From the NCBI GenBank assembly GCA_963828125.1, contig CAWHDP010000001.1:320001-384000 (forward strand): a DNA stretch of 64,000 bases, read 5' to 3'. Shown here piece by piece: positions 9,746 to 19,474 of this stretch. Each line of letters starts with the position of its first letter. The first letter of the stretch is position 1. The DNA is from an uncultured Chlamydiae bacterium. GTDB lineage: Bacteria; Chlamydiota; Chlamydiia; Chlamydiales; SM23-39. The translations under genes were made by a program, and so were the position numbers. The notes beneath the pieces were generated by a model. It was given only the letters and a program-made list of their open reading frames with translations, was not told the DNA's origin and did not search any database.

Positions 9746-10132
9746 ATGAGCCATTTTTTTTATTACAAAGAGAATATTGAGTTAACTGATGTTGCTGCCA
9801 GCAAGATTGTTTTAGTCCCTGTCAATCTTTCTAAAAAAAATGATTTGTTCGATTTCTTTTCTGCAGAACTCGAATTTCCGTCCTATTTCGGGAAAAATTG
9901 GGATGCATTTTTTGATTGTCTGTCTGATTTAAATTGGGTTGAAAAAAAAATAATATGGATTATTCATTGTGATGTTCCATTTCAAAATATAAAAAGTGAT
10001 CGAGAGAAATACATAGAAATTCTTTTCGATTTAACACACGAGCGTTGTTCTAATGAAGCTCATGTATTAAAAATTGCTTTTTTAGAAAAATATAAAAATG
10101 AAATTGAAATGTTTTTAATCCATAAACATTAG
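9746..10132 (+). CDS. Barstar-family immunity protein
   Basis: LEFPSYFGKNWDAFFDCLSDL; starts 3 bp after the toxin stop; AT-rich. Confidence 0.92.
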   Translation: MSHFFYYKENIELTDVAASKIVLVPVNLSKKNDLFDFFSAELEFPSYFGKNWDAFFDCLSDLNWVEKKIIWIIHCDVPFQNIKSDREKYIEILFDLTHERCSNEAHVLKIAFLEKYKNEIEMFLIHKH

Positions 10133-10147
10133 GTGGGCAGTTGATTG

Positions 10148-10361
10148 CAGATTCTTTCCGAGAAAGGCTCTCCACGCAGAGATCGGCGCCGCCATCGCCA
10201 TTGAACTATACTGCGGCCACCCCCTCATCCACGATCTGCAAGGAAATCTCGCACTCCTCACACCCGTAGGCTCGGAGCCGACCACCTATCGTTACAGCGC
10301 CTTCGGTGAAGAGAAGAGTTTTGGCAAAACGGTCAGCCCCTGGCACTTTTCCTCCAAACGA
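10148..10361 (+). pseudogene. Degenerate second copy of an Rhs core segment
   Basis: Close nucleotide match to 8626-8839; carries a family A arm (10207-10223) and is followed by a family B arm (10364-10375). Confidence 0.85.
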
Positions 10362-10457
10362 GTATGAGCCTATCCCTGAACATTGGCGGGCGCATTCCCA
10401 TTTTTTGAATTTTTTTGTAGACAAACACCCTCCCATTTCTGTAAAAGCATATTTGAA

Positions 10458-11330
10458 ATGGACAAGAAGAATAAATTCCCTTTTTTCATTATCATCTCGC
10501 TCTTGGTGATCCTCATCGCAGTCTTGTTTCTGCACGGGAGTGAAAGCGTCGCGGTTCTCCATCCAAAGGGCTGGGTCGGCGTGCAAGAGCGGAACCTGAT
10601 TTTAAAGACTTCATTTATCATGCTGCTGATTGTGATCCCTGTGGTGATTCTCACGATTTATTTCGGTTGGAAGTACCGCGATGGCAATCCCAAAGCGGAG
10701 TACCAGCCTGAGTGGGACAATAGCCACCGTCTTGAGGCGCTTTGGTGGGGCGTCCCTTGCGTGGTCGTCATTGTTTTTGCTGTGTGGACTTGGACGAGCA
10801 GCCATGAACTCGACCCATATAAACCGCTTAAGAGCGATGTGAAGCCGGTCCGAATCCAGGTAATTGCCCTCGATTGGAAGTGGCTCTTCATTTATCCCGA
10901 AGAGCGGATTGCGACGGTGAATTTTATCCAGTTTCCCGAAAATACGCCGCTCAATTTTGAGATCACTTCCGATGCTCCGATGAACTCATTTTGGATTCCG
11001 GAGCTGGGCGGCCAAATTTATGCGATGGCAGGGATGAGGACGAAGCTCCATTTAATCGCCAACCACATCGGCAGCTACAGGGGCGTGTCGGCCAACATCA
11101 GCGGCGAGGGGTTTGCGGGGATGACGTTCGCTGCCAAAGCGAGTACTCAAGAGGAATTCGATGCGTGGATTCAAGAGGTGAGGGGAGCGGGCCAGCCTCT
11201 CAATCAGCAGGTGTACAGCGAACTCATGAAACAAAGTTCCTACAACCCGGTCGCCTATTATGTTTTGGGGGACGACGCCCTTTTTGATCAGGTCATAATG
11301 AAATACATGACGCCAATGGACAAGAGATGA
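10458..11330 (+). CDS. cyoA: Cytochrome bo3 ubiquinol oxidase subunit II
   Basis: LDWKWLFIYP, MNSFWIPELGGQIYAMAGM; no CuA cysteines; ATG 10458 chosen. Confidence 0.95.
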   Translation: MDKKNKFPFFIIISLLVILIAVLFLHGSESVAVLHPKGWVGVQERNLILKTSFIMLLIVIPVVILTIYFGWKYRDGNPKAEYQPEWDNSHRLEALWWGVPCVVVIVFAVWTWTSSHELDPYKPLKSDVKPVRIQVIALDWKWLFIYPEERIATVNFIQFPENTPLNFEITSDAPMNSFWIPELGGQIYAMAGMRTKLHLIANHIGSYRGVSANISGEGFAGMTFAAKASTQEEFDAWIQEVRGAGQPLNQQVYSELMKQSSYNPVAYYVLGDDALFDQVIMKYMTPMDKR

Positions 11331-13297
11331 TTGAATACAGCGATATTTTTGGAAGGCTCACCCTCGAGGCATTCAAGCGGGATATGATTGAGCTCGGCGC
11401 AGGGATGGGAATGCTGATGCTCGAAATCTTCCTCGCGATATTCATCACGTACAAAAAACGGTGGAAATGGCTTTGGCACGAATGGCTCACTTCTCTCGAT
11501 CCGAAAAAAATCGGGGTGATGTATCTGATCGTGGTCACTCTGAGTCTGCTCAAGGGGATCATCGACGTGGTGATGATGCGGGTTCAGCAGGCCCTCTCTG
11601 TGGGCGATTCGTTTGGCTATTTGGAGACGTCCCATTTTCAGGAAATTTTCACTGCCCATGGGACGACCATGGTCTTTTTCGTCGGCATGGGGGCCCTTTT
11701 CGGCCTAATGAATCTCATTCTCCCCCTTCAAATTGGCGCGCGCGACGTCGCCTATCCATTTCTCAATTCGGTGAGTTTTTGGCTCTTCGCGGTCGGAGCG
11801 GCTCTGATTGTCGTCTCGCTCAACGTCGGTTTCTTTTCGAGCGCAGGCTGGGTCGCCTATCCGCCGCTCTCCGAACTCAAGTATAATCCAGGCGTCGGGA
11901 TCGACTACTGGATTTGGAGCGTCCAGATTTCGGGCGTCGGAACTCTTTTGGGCGGGATCAATCTCCTCGTGACGATTTTCCGGATGCGCTGCCCGGGAAT
12001 GACGCTTATGAAGATGCCTCTTTTTGTCTGGGCCTCGGTGGGCAGCTTGATCTTGGTGGTCCTCGCCTTCCCGATCTTAACGGCAACTATTGGCATGCTC
12101 GCCCTTGACCGGTACATGGGGATGCATTTCTTCACCTCCGATTTCGGGGGGAACGCGATGATGTATGTCAATCTGATCTGGGCTTGGGGGCATCCGGAGG
12201 TCTATATCCTGATCTTACCTGCCTTTGGGATTTTTTCTGAAGTGGTGGCCACTTTCTCCAAAAAAAGAATTTTTGGCTACACCTCGATGGTCTGGGCGAT
12301 TTTCTCCATCACTTTTCTCTCCTTCATTGTCTGGCTTCACCATTTCTTCACAATGGGCGCGGGGGGCAATGTCAACGCTTTTTTCGGCATCATGACTATG
12401 GTCATCGCCGTTCCGACTGGGGTTAAAGTATTCAACTGGCTCTTTACGATGTACCGCGGAAAAGTCACGTTCACCACACCTATGATTTGGTTTATCGGTT
12501 TTGTGATCAACTTCACCATCGGGGGAATGGCTGGCGTATTGCTGGCCGTTCCGCCCGCCGATTTTCAACTTCACAATAGCCTCTTCCTCATTGCCCACTT
12601 CCACTCGATGATCATTCCGGGAGTTCTCTTCGGCGTTTTTGCCGGATTGGGCTACTGGTTTCCCAAAATTTTCGGCTTCAAACTGGATGAAACGCTCGGG
12701 CGGGCGGCTGCTTGGTGCTGGATCGTCGGCTTTTTGCTCGCTTTTATGCCTCTTTATTTGCTCGGACTTAGAGGAGCCACTCGCCGTCTAGACCACTACG
12801 ACGCCTCAACGGGCTGGCAGCCTCTCTTCATCGTCGCAGCTATTGGATCGTTCGTCGTGATCACAGGGCTCATCCTCCAAGTCGTCCAGTTGATCTGGAG
12901 CATCCTTCACCGGCAAAAGCTGATGGATCGGACAGGCGATCCGTGGGACGGACGGACCCTCGAATGGTCCACTCCCTCGCCGCCTCCTTTCTACAATTTT
13001 GCGATGATTCCTCATGTTAGTTCCCACGATTCGTTTTACTACACGAAGCACGATAAGCCCCGTCAACCCGTCTACGAACATTTCGAAATGCCGAAAAATA
13101 CGGGGCTTGGCGTCTATATCGGCGGCTTTAGTTTTCTTTTGGGCTTCGGCCTCGTTTGGCACATCTGGTGGCTTGTTCTCGTAGGGCTTTTAGGCGACAT
13201 CATCTGCGTCATCATCCGGGGCTGCAAAGAGCATGTTGAATATGAACTGACAGTGGCCGAAGTGGAGAAAATCGAACAGGAAATGAGGAAGAGATGA
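11327..13297 (+). CDS. cyoB: Cytochrome bo3 ubiquinol oxidase subunit I
   Basis: WGHPEVY, VWLHHFF, AHFH. Confidence 0.97.
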   Translation: MIEYSDIFGRLTLEAFKRDMIELGAGMGMLMLEIFLAIFITYKKRWKWLWHEWLTSLDPKKIGVMYLIVVTLSLLKGIIDVVMMRVQQALSVGDSFGYLETSHFQEIFTAHGTTMVFFVGMGALFGLMNLILPLQIGARDVAYPFLNSVSFWLFAVGAALIVVSLNVGFFSSAGWVAYPPLSELKYNPGVGIDYWIWSVQISGVGTLLGGINLLVTIFRMRCPGMTLMKMPLFVWASVGSLILVVLAFPILTATIGMLALDRYMGMHFFTSDFGGNAMMYVNLIWAWGHPEVYILILPAFGIFSEVVATFSKKRIFGYTSMVWAIFSITFLSFIVWLHHFFTMGAGGNVNAFFGIMTMVIAVPTGVKVFNWLFTMYRGKVTFTTPMIWFIGFVINFTIGGMAGVLLAVPPADFQLHNSLFLIAHFHSMIIPGVLFGVFAGLGYWFPKIFGFKLDETLGRAAAWCWIVGFLLAFMPLYLLGLRGATRRLDHYDASTGWQPLFIVAAIGSFVVITGLILQVVQLIWSILHRQKLMDRTGDPWDGRTLEWSTPSPPPFYNFAMIPHVSSHDSFYYTKHDKPRQPVYEHFEMPKNTGLGVYIGGFSFLLGFGLVWHIWWLVLVGLLGDIICVIIRGCKEHVEYELTVAEVEKIEQEMRKR

Positions 13298-13887
13298 CCC
13301 ATCCGATCACCTATACCCAGAACGAGGCCTATGCCAAAACCCTCTTCGGCTTTTGGCTCTACCTTCTGACCGACTGCATCATGTTCGGGGCGATTTTCAT
13401 CAGCTACGTCGTCTTGCAGAATAACACCTACGGAGGTCCCTCTGCGAAAGAACTTTTCCGCTTGCCGAGTCCTCTTGCCGAATCGATCCTCCTTTTGACG
13501 AGCAGCCTCTTTGCCGGTCTTGCGAGGGTCGAGGCGCTCCGCGATGAAAAATACCGAGCTATGGGCCTTTATGGCCTCGCCTTCCTCTTAGGATTCGTCT
13601 TTTTACTCCTCACCTATCTCGAGAGCGCCTCATTTGCCGCCCGAGGCTATACGTGGGAAATCAGCGCCTTCCTCTCCGGATTTTACACAGTCATTTGGAC
13701 CCATGCCCTCCACGTTATGGCCGGTCTCATCTGGATTCTCATCATCATCGGACAAATCTGGGCCCGCGGCATCACCCCAAATACCTTCCGAAGGCTCTCG
13801 TGTCTCACCCTGTTTTGGCAATTTCTCGCCATGATCTGGGTGTTCACGTTCACAATCGTCTATTTAATGGGCCGAGGAGGCGTATGA
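13294..13887 (+). CDS. cyoC: Cytochrome bo3 oxidase subunit III
   Basis: FGFWLYLLTDCIMF, THALHV; operon position. Confidence 0.93.
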   Translation: MTHPITYTQNEAYAKTLFGFWLYLLTDCIMFGAIFISYVVLQNNTYGGPSAKELFRLPSPLAESILLLTSSLFAGLARVEALRDEKYRAMGLYGLAFLLGFVFLLLTYLESASFAARGYTWEISAFLSGFYTVIWTHALHVMAGLIWILIIIGQIWARGITPNTFRRLSCLTLFWQFLAMIWVFTFTIVYLMGRGGV

Positions 13888-14222
13888 AAGAACCGCAGCA
13901 CATTCCCCACCAACCGCAATGGGGCGGCCATGTGTCGACCCAATCCTACGCGCTCGGCTATGTCGCCTCCCTCTTCCTCACCCTTGCCGCTTTCCTCATT
14001 GTCGGACAAAAACTCCTCTCTGGCTGGCTTTTGGGAGTTACCCTTTTTGCCCTCGCCCTCGCTCAAAGCTGGATTCAGCTTGCTTATTATTTCCATCTTG
14101 GAAAAGAACCTAAGCCTCGCTGGAATCTCCTTGCCTTCTATTTCATGCTCTTCATCCTCGTTATCGTCGTCATCGGTTCTCTTCTGATCATGAAGAGCCT
14201 CAACTACCGGATGGCCTCTTGA
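13884..14222 (+). CDS. cyoD: Cytochrome bo3 oxidase subunit IV
   Basis: YALGYVASLFLT, QLAYYFHL, RWN; ATGA overlap with cyoC. Confidence 0.9.
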   Translation: MKEPQHIPHQPQWGGHVSTQSYALGYVASLFLTLAAFLIVGQKLLSGWLLGVTLFALALAQSWIQLAYYFHLGKEPKPRWNLLAFYFMLFILVIVVIGSLLIMKSLNYRMAS

Positions 14223-15070
14223 ACCTCCGGAGCTACTACCTCCTCACCAAGCCAGGCATCATTCTCGGCAACGCGGTGACCGCGACCGGCGGCTTTGCCC
14301 TCGCCTCCAAAGGCCGCCTCAACCCTTCGCTCTTTTTTTTCACCCTCCTCGGCCTCTCCCTCATCGTCGCCTCCGGCTGTGTCGCCAACAACTACCTCGA
14401 TCGGCATAGCGATCAAAAAATGGCTCGAACCCGCCACCGCCCGCTCGCTACAGGAACCATCCCACCCGTCCATGCCCTCATCGAATCTCTTCTCCTCCTC
14501 CTCTCCGGCGCCCTCCTCCTCTTCCAGACAAACCTCCTCACGACCCTCATCGCCCTCTTCGGATTTCTGGTCTACGTCGCCATTTATACCATCTGGAAAC
14601 ACAAAACCCTCTACGGCACTGCCATCGGCAGCATCGCCGGCGCCATCCCCCCAGTGATCGGCTACTCCGCTGTCACTAACCAACTCGATCTCGCCGCCCT
14701 CCTCCTCTTCCTCATCGTCGTTTTTTGGCAAATGCCTCACTTCTTCGCCATCGCCATGTACCGCTTCGATGACTACGCCGCCGCCTCGATCCCTGTCTTC
14801 CCCGTCGTGAGAGGCATGCACGCCGCCAAAATCCGTATCCTCTCCTACATTGTCGCCTTCACCCTCTCTTCCTCTATGCTGACGCTCTCTGGTTACGTCG
14901 GCTACGCCTATCTCACCGTCGCCTCTCTTCTCGGTCTTGGGTGGCTCTGGCTGGCCCTCCAAGGCTTCAAAAGCACGAACGATACCCTTTGGGCCCGTAA
15001 AATGTTCCTCTCCTCGCTCATCGTCATCATGGCGCTCTCTTTGATGATGTCGGTCGATGGTTTCTATTGA
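14219..15070 (+). CDS. cyoE: Heme O synthase (protoheme IX farnesyltransferase)
   Basis: LTKPGII, NNYLDRHSDQKMARTRHRP, WQMPHF. Confidence 0.95.
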   Translation: MNLRSYYLLTKPGIILGNAVTATGGFALASKGRLNPSLFFFTLLGLSLIVASGCVANNYLDRHSDQKMARTRHRPLATGTIPPVHALIESLLLLLSGALLLFQTNLLTTLIALFGFLVYVAIYTIWKHKTLYGTAIGSIAGAIPPVIGYSAVTNQLDLAALLLFLIVVFWQMPHFFAIAMYRFDDYAAASIPVFPVVRGMHAAKIRILSYIVAFTLSSSMLTLSGYVGYAYLTVASLLGLGWLWLALQGFKSTNDTLWARKMFLSSLIVIMALSLMMSVDGFY

Positions 15071-15124
15071 ATTAAAATAAGAAGGTAAGATAAAATCCTC
15101 CCATTAGGGATAGTTGGGAATGGT

Positions 15125-15556
15125 ATGACAACAAATATATTACATCAGTTCAGTGTACAACAACTCAATACAGCCTTAGAAAGGATACAAGAGAATCTTG
15201 ACCACGCTCGTATACCTTTGGCTTGGGTCGAGGAGGAAGTAACAGCTCGCCAAGTTGAAAAAGGTCCTTGGGCGGCGGTGAGATGGACGATATTGGATAC
15301 GTTAACCGAAAGATTCATTGAGTTGGTTGTTAATTTAGTAAAAACTATTTTGAATGGGTTCGTTGCGCTTGCCTGTTTGTGCTTGAATAAAAAAGCAAAT
15401 AGCCGGCTAAAAAAATCATTTACTGTAATTAAGCAAACTCCGATACAGATCGGTTGCTTGCTCTACGCTCTTTTCAAACCAAAAGAGGGCATGAAGGCCT
15501 ATTATGACTACCGATTGAATCGGAAACCTCCCCTCAATCCGCCAAGCTCTAAATAG
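15125..15556 (+). CDS. Hypothetical protein (AT-rich)
   Basis: 143-aa ORF filling the gap between cyoE and the PiT gene; one hydrophobic segment. Confidence 0.6.
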   Translation: MTTNILHQFSVQQLNTALERIQENLDHARIPLAWVEEEVTARQVEKGPWAAVRWTILDTLTERFIELVVNLVKTILNGFVALACLCLNKKANSRLKKSFTVIKQTPIQIGCLLYALFKPKEGMKAYYDYRLNRKPPLNPPSSK

Positions 15557-16532
15557 CCGATGCGAGCCAGAAGCTCAAAGCTCCGACGACCGCAGCGCCA
15601 GGGAGGGTAAATATCCAGGCGAGTAAAAACATCTGGGGCACTTTCCAGTTGACCGCTTTGTGGCTTTTCGCTGTTCCCACCCCGATAATGCTCCCTGCGA
15701 TCATCTGCGTCGAGCTGATTGGCATCCCCAAAAAGCTGGCGCCTAAGATGATCGCAGAGGCGGAGAGTTCTGCAGTGAATCCTTGCGCAGGTTCCAGCTT
15801 GGTCAGGGAAAAAGCCATCGTATTAATAATCCGGAAACCCCCAGAGGCAGTTCCGAGCCCCATCATCACAGCGCACGCCATGATGACCCAAAGAGGGATG
15901 TGAGTTGTTTCGAGATAGCCCCCTGCAAAAAGGCCAAGCGTAATGATCCCCATGCTCTTTTGCGCATCGTTGAGTCCGTGGGCGAGCGCCACAAAACAGG
16001 CCGAACCGATCTGAAGGTGCCGGAAGAGTTTTTGACCGTGGTCTTGTTCCCGGTAGGAAAGATACCAATGGAGCGCTTTCATTAAAGAAAAGGCCAAAAT
16101 AAAGCCGATCACGGGGGTGACAAACATGGGGATGAGGACTTTGCCGATCACCCCTTTCCAAAGAATCGTCTGAACCCCTTGCTCCACCCAGGCGGCGCCT
16201 ATGAGCCCCCCGATGAGGGCATAGGAGGAGCTGCTCGGCAATCCGTAATACCAAGTGAGCAGATTCCAAGCGATAGCCCCGATCACTGCGGAGAGGACGG
16301 CGATTTGGCTCGTCTCTTGGGCATGGACAAGTCCTGTCGCAATCGTCTGGGCAACGCCGCTGATTTGAGTCGCTCCAATGAAGTTGAGGACGCCTGCCAT
16401 CACGATGGCTGAAAGGGGCGCCAGAACCCCCGTCGCAATCACGGTGGAGACCACATTGGCTGAATCGTGAAAACCGTTTGTGTAGTCGAAAACAAGCCCC
16501 AAAATGACGATCAAAACAATGAGGATATCCAT
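15549..16532 (-). CDS. Inorganic phosphate transporter, PiT family
   Basis: NGFHDSAN, GLPSSSS, HGLNDAQK, PISSTQ. Confidence 0.93.
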   Translation of the reverse strand: MDILIVLIVILGLVFDYTNGFHDSANVVSTVIATGVLAPLSAIVMAGVLNFIGATQISGVAQTIATGLVHAQETSQIAVLSAVIGAIAWNLLTWYYGLPSSSSYALIGGLIGAAWVEQGVQTILWKGVIGKVLIPMFVTPVIGFILAFSLMKALHWYLSYREQDHGQKLFRHLQIGSACFVALAHGLNDAQKSMGIITLGLFAGGYLETTHIPLWVIMACAVMMGLGTASGGFRIINTMAFSLTKLEPAQGFTAELSASAIILGASFLGMPISSTQMIAGSIIGVGTAKSHKAVNWKVPQMFLLAWIFTLPGAAVVGALSFWLASAI

Positions 16533-16598
16533 GATTTTAAGCTTTGCATAAAAGGAGATTTTTGGCACCATTGACCTGTTTTTAACCCCGAGGAATAT

Positions 16599-17159
16599 AT
16601 GGCAAAAGTCTTCGCTTTTTTCATGGCAGCCCTTTTACCCGTTTTTATGTTTGCAGCAGAGGAGAGTGCAATTGTGACAATGACAAAAAATCCAATAGTT
16701 GTTTTTGAGACGAATTTAGGGGTTTTTGAAGCGGCCCTGAAACCCGACGTCGCGCCTAAAGCTTGTGAGAATTTTCTCGGCTTAGTAGCGAAGGGATACT
16801 ACGATGGAGTGATTTTCCATAGAGTGATCAAGAATTTTATGATCCAAGGCGGCGATCCGCAAGGTACGGGCCGAGGAGGTCAGTCGATTTGGGGCAAACC
16901 GTTTGAAGATGAGTGCAAGGCCGATGTAAAGTTCGACAAGCCAGGTCTTCTCGCTATGGCCAATAGCGGTCCAAAGACGAATGGGAGTCAATTTTTTATC
17001 ACTACGGCAACGACCCCCTGGCTCAATATGCGCCATACGATTTTCGGCGAAGTGACCGCCGGTTACGACATCGTGAAAAAAATTGAGGCGTCGCCCACCG
17101 CTCCTGGAGATCGCCCTGTTGAGCCGATCAAGATCAAAAAGGCTTATGTAAAAGAGTAG
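16599..17159 (+). CDS. Cyclophilin-type peptidyl-prolyl cis-trans isomerase
   Basis: FHRVIKNFMIQGGDP, LAMANSGPKTNGSQFFIT. Confidence 0.96.
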   Translation: MAKVFAFFMAALLPVFMFAAEESAIVTMTKNPIVVFETNLGVFEAALKPDVAPKACENFLGLVAKGYYDGVIFHRVIKNFMIQGGDPQGTGRGGQSIWGKPFEDECKADVKFDKPGLLAMANSGPKTNGSQFFITTATTPWLNMRHTIFGEVTAGYDIVKKIEASPTAPGDRPVEPIKIKKAYVKE

Positions 17160-18378
17160 AAGAAGAGAGGTGCGCCGCGAAGATGAGGGCAAGAGCCCAA
17201 CAGACGGGGTGTACCTCTTTTCCCTCTCCTTTGAGCGCTTTTAGAAGACAAAAAGAGACGAACCCGAAGGCAAATCCGAGATAGATGCTGAACGTAATCG
17301 GAATGGTAAAGAGGGTGATCATCGCAGGGATCGCCTCCGTGTAGCTAGTCCACCGGATCGTCCGGATTTCGAGGGCCATAAAAATTCCGATGGCAATGAT
17401 CACAGGCGTTGTGGCGAGGAGAGGGATAGAGGAGATCAGAGGATAAAAAAATAGCCCGACGAGGCAGCAAGCGGCCGCCGTGAGGGCCGTTGTTCTGGTT
17501 CTGCCCCCTGCTTTGATGCCAGCGGTCGATTCGAGGGTGAAGGTGAGGGTTCCCGTTCCGAGCAAGGCGGCGAGCATTGAGCCAGGCCCATCTGGAATGA
17601 CGATCCTGTCGATGTTTTTGATCTGTCCCTTGCCGTCTATTTTGTGAGCTAGCTTTGAAAGGACGGTCAGACTGGCGCTGGTGTCGAATAGACAGATTAA
17701 AATCACAGAGAGGAGAGTGCCCAGCCACTCAAATTGGAGAGGCGAGGCGAAGTCGAGTTGAAGAAAGGTGGGGACAAGAGAAGAGGGGAGGGCGGAGAAT
17801 CCGTGCCACTCGGCAAGCCCGAATGGGATCGCAAGGAGCCAGCAAGCGAAGATCGTGAGTAGGAAGGCGCTGTTTATTTTAAAATAAGAGAGGGAAAAAA
17901 AGAGGATGAGGCCAAAAAGGACGATCCCATGCGAGATCGATGCAAATGGCTGAGGGACGCCGAGATCCTTAAGTCCAACGCAAATCAGGAAAAGGCCGAT
18001 CCCCCCAATCGCCGCCGACTTGATCGTAGCCGGAAGATGGAGGAGGATTTTTTGTCTTACCTTGAAAAGGCTGAGGAGAAAAATCGCAACTCCCGCCCAG
18101 AAAACAATCCCGAGTGCAATTTGCCAGCTGGCGTGTTCTTTTAAAATGACCGAATAGACGAGAAAAGGGCCGACGCTAAGCCCTGGCGCTAAAACCGCTG
18201 GGAAGTCGGTATAGAGGGCGAAAAACAGCGTCGAAAGGGTGATCGTCAGAATCGTTGCGGTGAGGGCGGAGCCAAAGTCGACGCCCCCCTCGCTGAGAAT
18301 TTTTGGGTAGAGGAGAACCAGATAGGCAACCGTACAAAAGGTCGAGAGTCCAGCCAGGAGTTCTTTACGCAGTTTCAG
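17134..18378 (-). CDS. NCS2/AzgA-type purine permease, full length (~414 aa), probable CTG start
   Basis: Frame is open from 18435 to 17134; own translation KELLAGLSTFCTVAY...APGL...LFDT...ESTAGIKAGGRT...PITFSIYLG; no in-frame ATG/GTG/TTG upstream of 17706. Confidence 0.85.
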   Translation of the reverse strand: MKLRKELLAGLSTFCTVAYLVLLYPKILSEGGVDFGSALTATILTITLSTLFFALYTDFPAVLAPGLSVGPFLVYSVILKEHASWQIALGIVFWAGVAIFLLSLFKVRQKILLHLPATIKSAAIGGIGLFLICVGLKDLGVPQPFASISHGIVLFGLILFFSLSYFKINSAFLLTIFACWLLAIPFGLAEWHGFSALPSSLVPTFLQLDFASPLQFEWLGTLLSVILICLFDTSASLTVLSKLAHKIDGKGQIKNIDRIVIPDGPGSMLAALLGTGTLTFTLESTAGIKAGGRTRTTALTAAACCLVGLFFYPLISSIPLLATTPVIIAIGIFMALEIRTIRWTSYTEAIPAMITLFTIPITFSIYLGFAFGFVSFCLLKALKGEGKEVHPVCWALALIFAAHLSSSTLLHKPF

Positions 18379-19214
18379 TTGTTCAATCTCCCGATCCGCG
18401 TCGTGAGATGAGGGTGGATAAAATCCAATACATTGTTACCCGATTCCGTGATATACAGTCTAGCGAGGCGGTTATTTTCCCGTCGATAGAGATTTTGCTG
18501 GCGCATTTTTTCGAGGGCGGACAGGGCCGCCTCGCGAGCGTTTGGGATCTTTTTTGCTAAAATTTCACATCCAACGAGATCGGCCCTCGCTTGAAACATC
18601 CGCTCTGAAACAATGTAGAATCCGACGGTTCCCATGCAAAGAGCTAACCCAAGCATCCAACCGTAAGGGGAGGCGTAAATCGCAAAAAGGGTCGCGAGCA
18701 CGGCGATTTTGATAGCGACCCTCACGAGAATGCTGTTTTCGCTAATTTGCCCGAGTTCCCGGGCGATTAAAAAGCGGGTTTCGTCATCGGAAAAGACCCA
18801 CAATTTGTCCCTGAGCTTCTCCTCTGGTTTTTCTTGTCCGAACGGGCTGTCCCCCTTGCCGGGGCGAAAAAGGTGTTGCAGCGGGATGAAGAGGACAGGG
18901 TCTCCGACTGAAAAGGAGCCGCCGTTATTGGAAAAACCGTCGTTGAGAGCTGTGGCGCTATAAGCGATGACCGTCCGCCGGATTCCTGCGCAGTCGGTCA
19001 GATCACTGATTTCTTGAAGCATCTTCTTGGCGTCGGCAGGGGGCATCATCGGTTGCAAGGAGGGGTCGGCTTGGAGAGGGAAGTAACCGTTGAAAAAAGC
19101 CTCGACAGGCGGGAAAAAATAATAAAGCGCCTTCTTATAAGGATCGATCGTGAAGGCCGAAATACTGCTTGTAAGCTGTTCAAGCCCTTGCAAGGCAGCT
19201 ACTTGTAGTGTCAT
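18375..19214 (-). CDS. M48 peptidase-like membrane protein with a degenerate zinc motif
   Basis: FLIARELGQI in place of HExxH, two TM segments, QARAD, terminal HPHLTTRI. Confidence 0.7.
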   Translation of the reverse strand: MTLQVAALQGLEQLTSSISAFTIDPYKKALYYFFPPVEAFFNGYFPLQADPSLQPMMPPADAKKMLQEISDLTDCAGIRRTVIAYSATALNDGFSNNGGSFSVGDPVLFIPLQHLFRPGKGDSPFGQEKPEEKLRDKLWVFSDDETRFLIARELGQISENSILVRVAIKIAVLATLFAIYASPYGWMLGLALCMGTVGFYIVSERMFQARADLVGCEILAKKIPNAREAALSALEKMRQQNLYRRENNRLARLYITESGNNVLDFIHPHLTTRIGRLNN

Positions 19215-19278
19215 GCCAATCTTTTGCGTTAAATTGAGGACAGTATAGAATAGCGCTGCAATAAAAACACTTGAAATG

Positions 19279-19327
19279 ATGAGCCTATCCGGCCATCTTT
19301 TTCTCCCGACATGGCGGATAGGCTCAT
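19279..19327. repeat. Family B palindrome ATGAGCCTATCC...GGATAGGCTCAT
   Basis: 12-bp perfect arms; also at 21677-21725 and 39471-39518, half copy at 10364. Confidence 0.9.
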
Positions 19328-19399
19328 AGGTGGTTAACTATTAGGTTGTTAAAGATTGTCAGTAAAACACAACTTTTGCAAGTGTTGGTCGATTTTGGA

Positions 19400-19428
19400 T
19401 TGATTGTAATATTTCTGTAGTGTATAAT
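19400..19428 (+). promoter_or_regulatory. Sigma70/sigma66-type promoter (duplicate at 21798-21826)
   Basis: TTGATT-17 bp-TATAAT, 46 bp upstream of the ATG at 19475. Confidence 0.65.
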
Positions 19429-19474
19429 TTTAATATAAAATATTTAATTAACGTGTTGTTTTATTTAGGTAAAA

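Noticed and set aside
14204..14962. 252-aa Glu/Gly-rich antisense ORF and similar shadow ORFs over cyo, pit, manA and SNF2 genes
   Set aside because: By-products of codon bias on the opposite strand or frame of well-supported genes
17134..17706. NCS2 permease as a truncated pseudogene
   Set aside because: The reading frame continues without stop or frameshift to 18435
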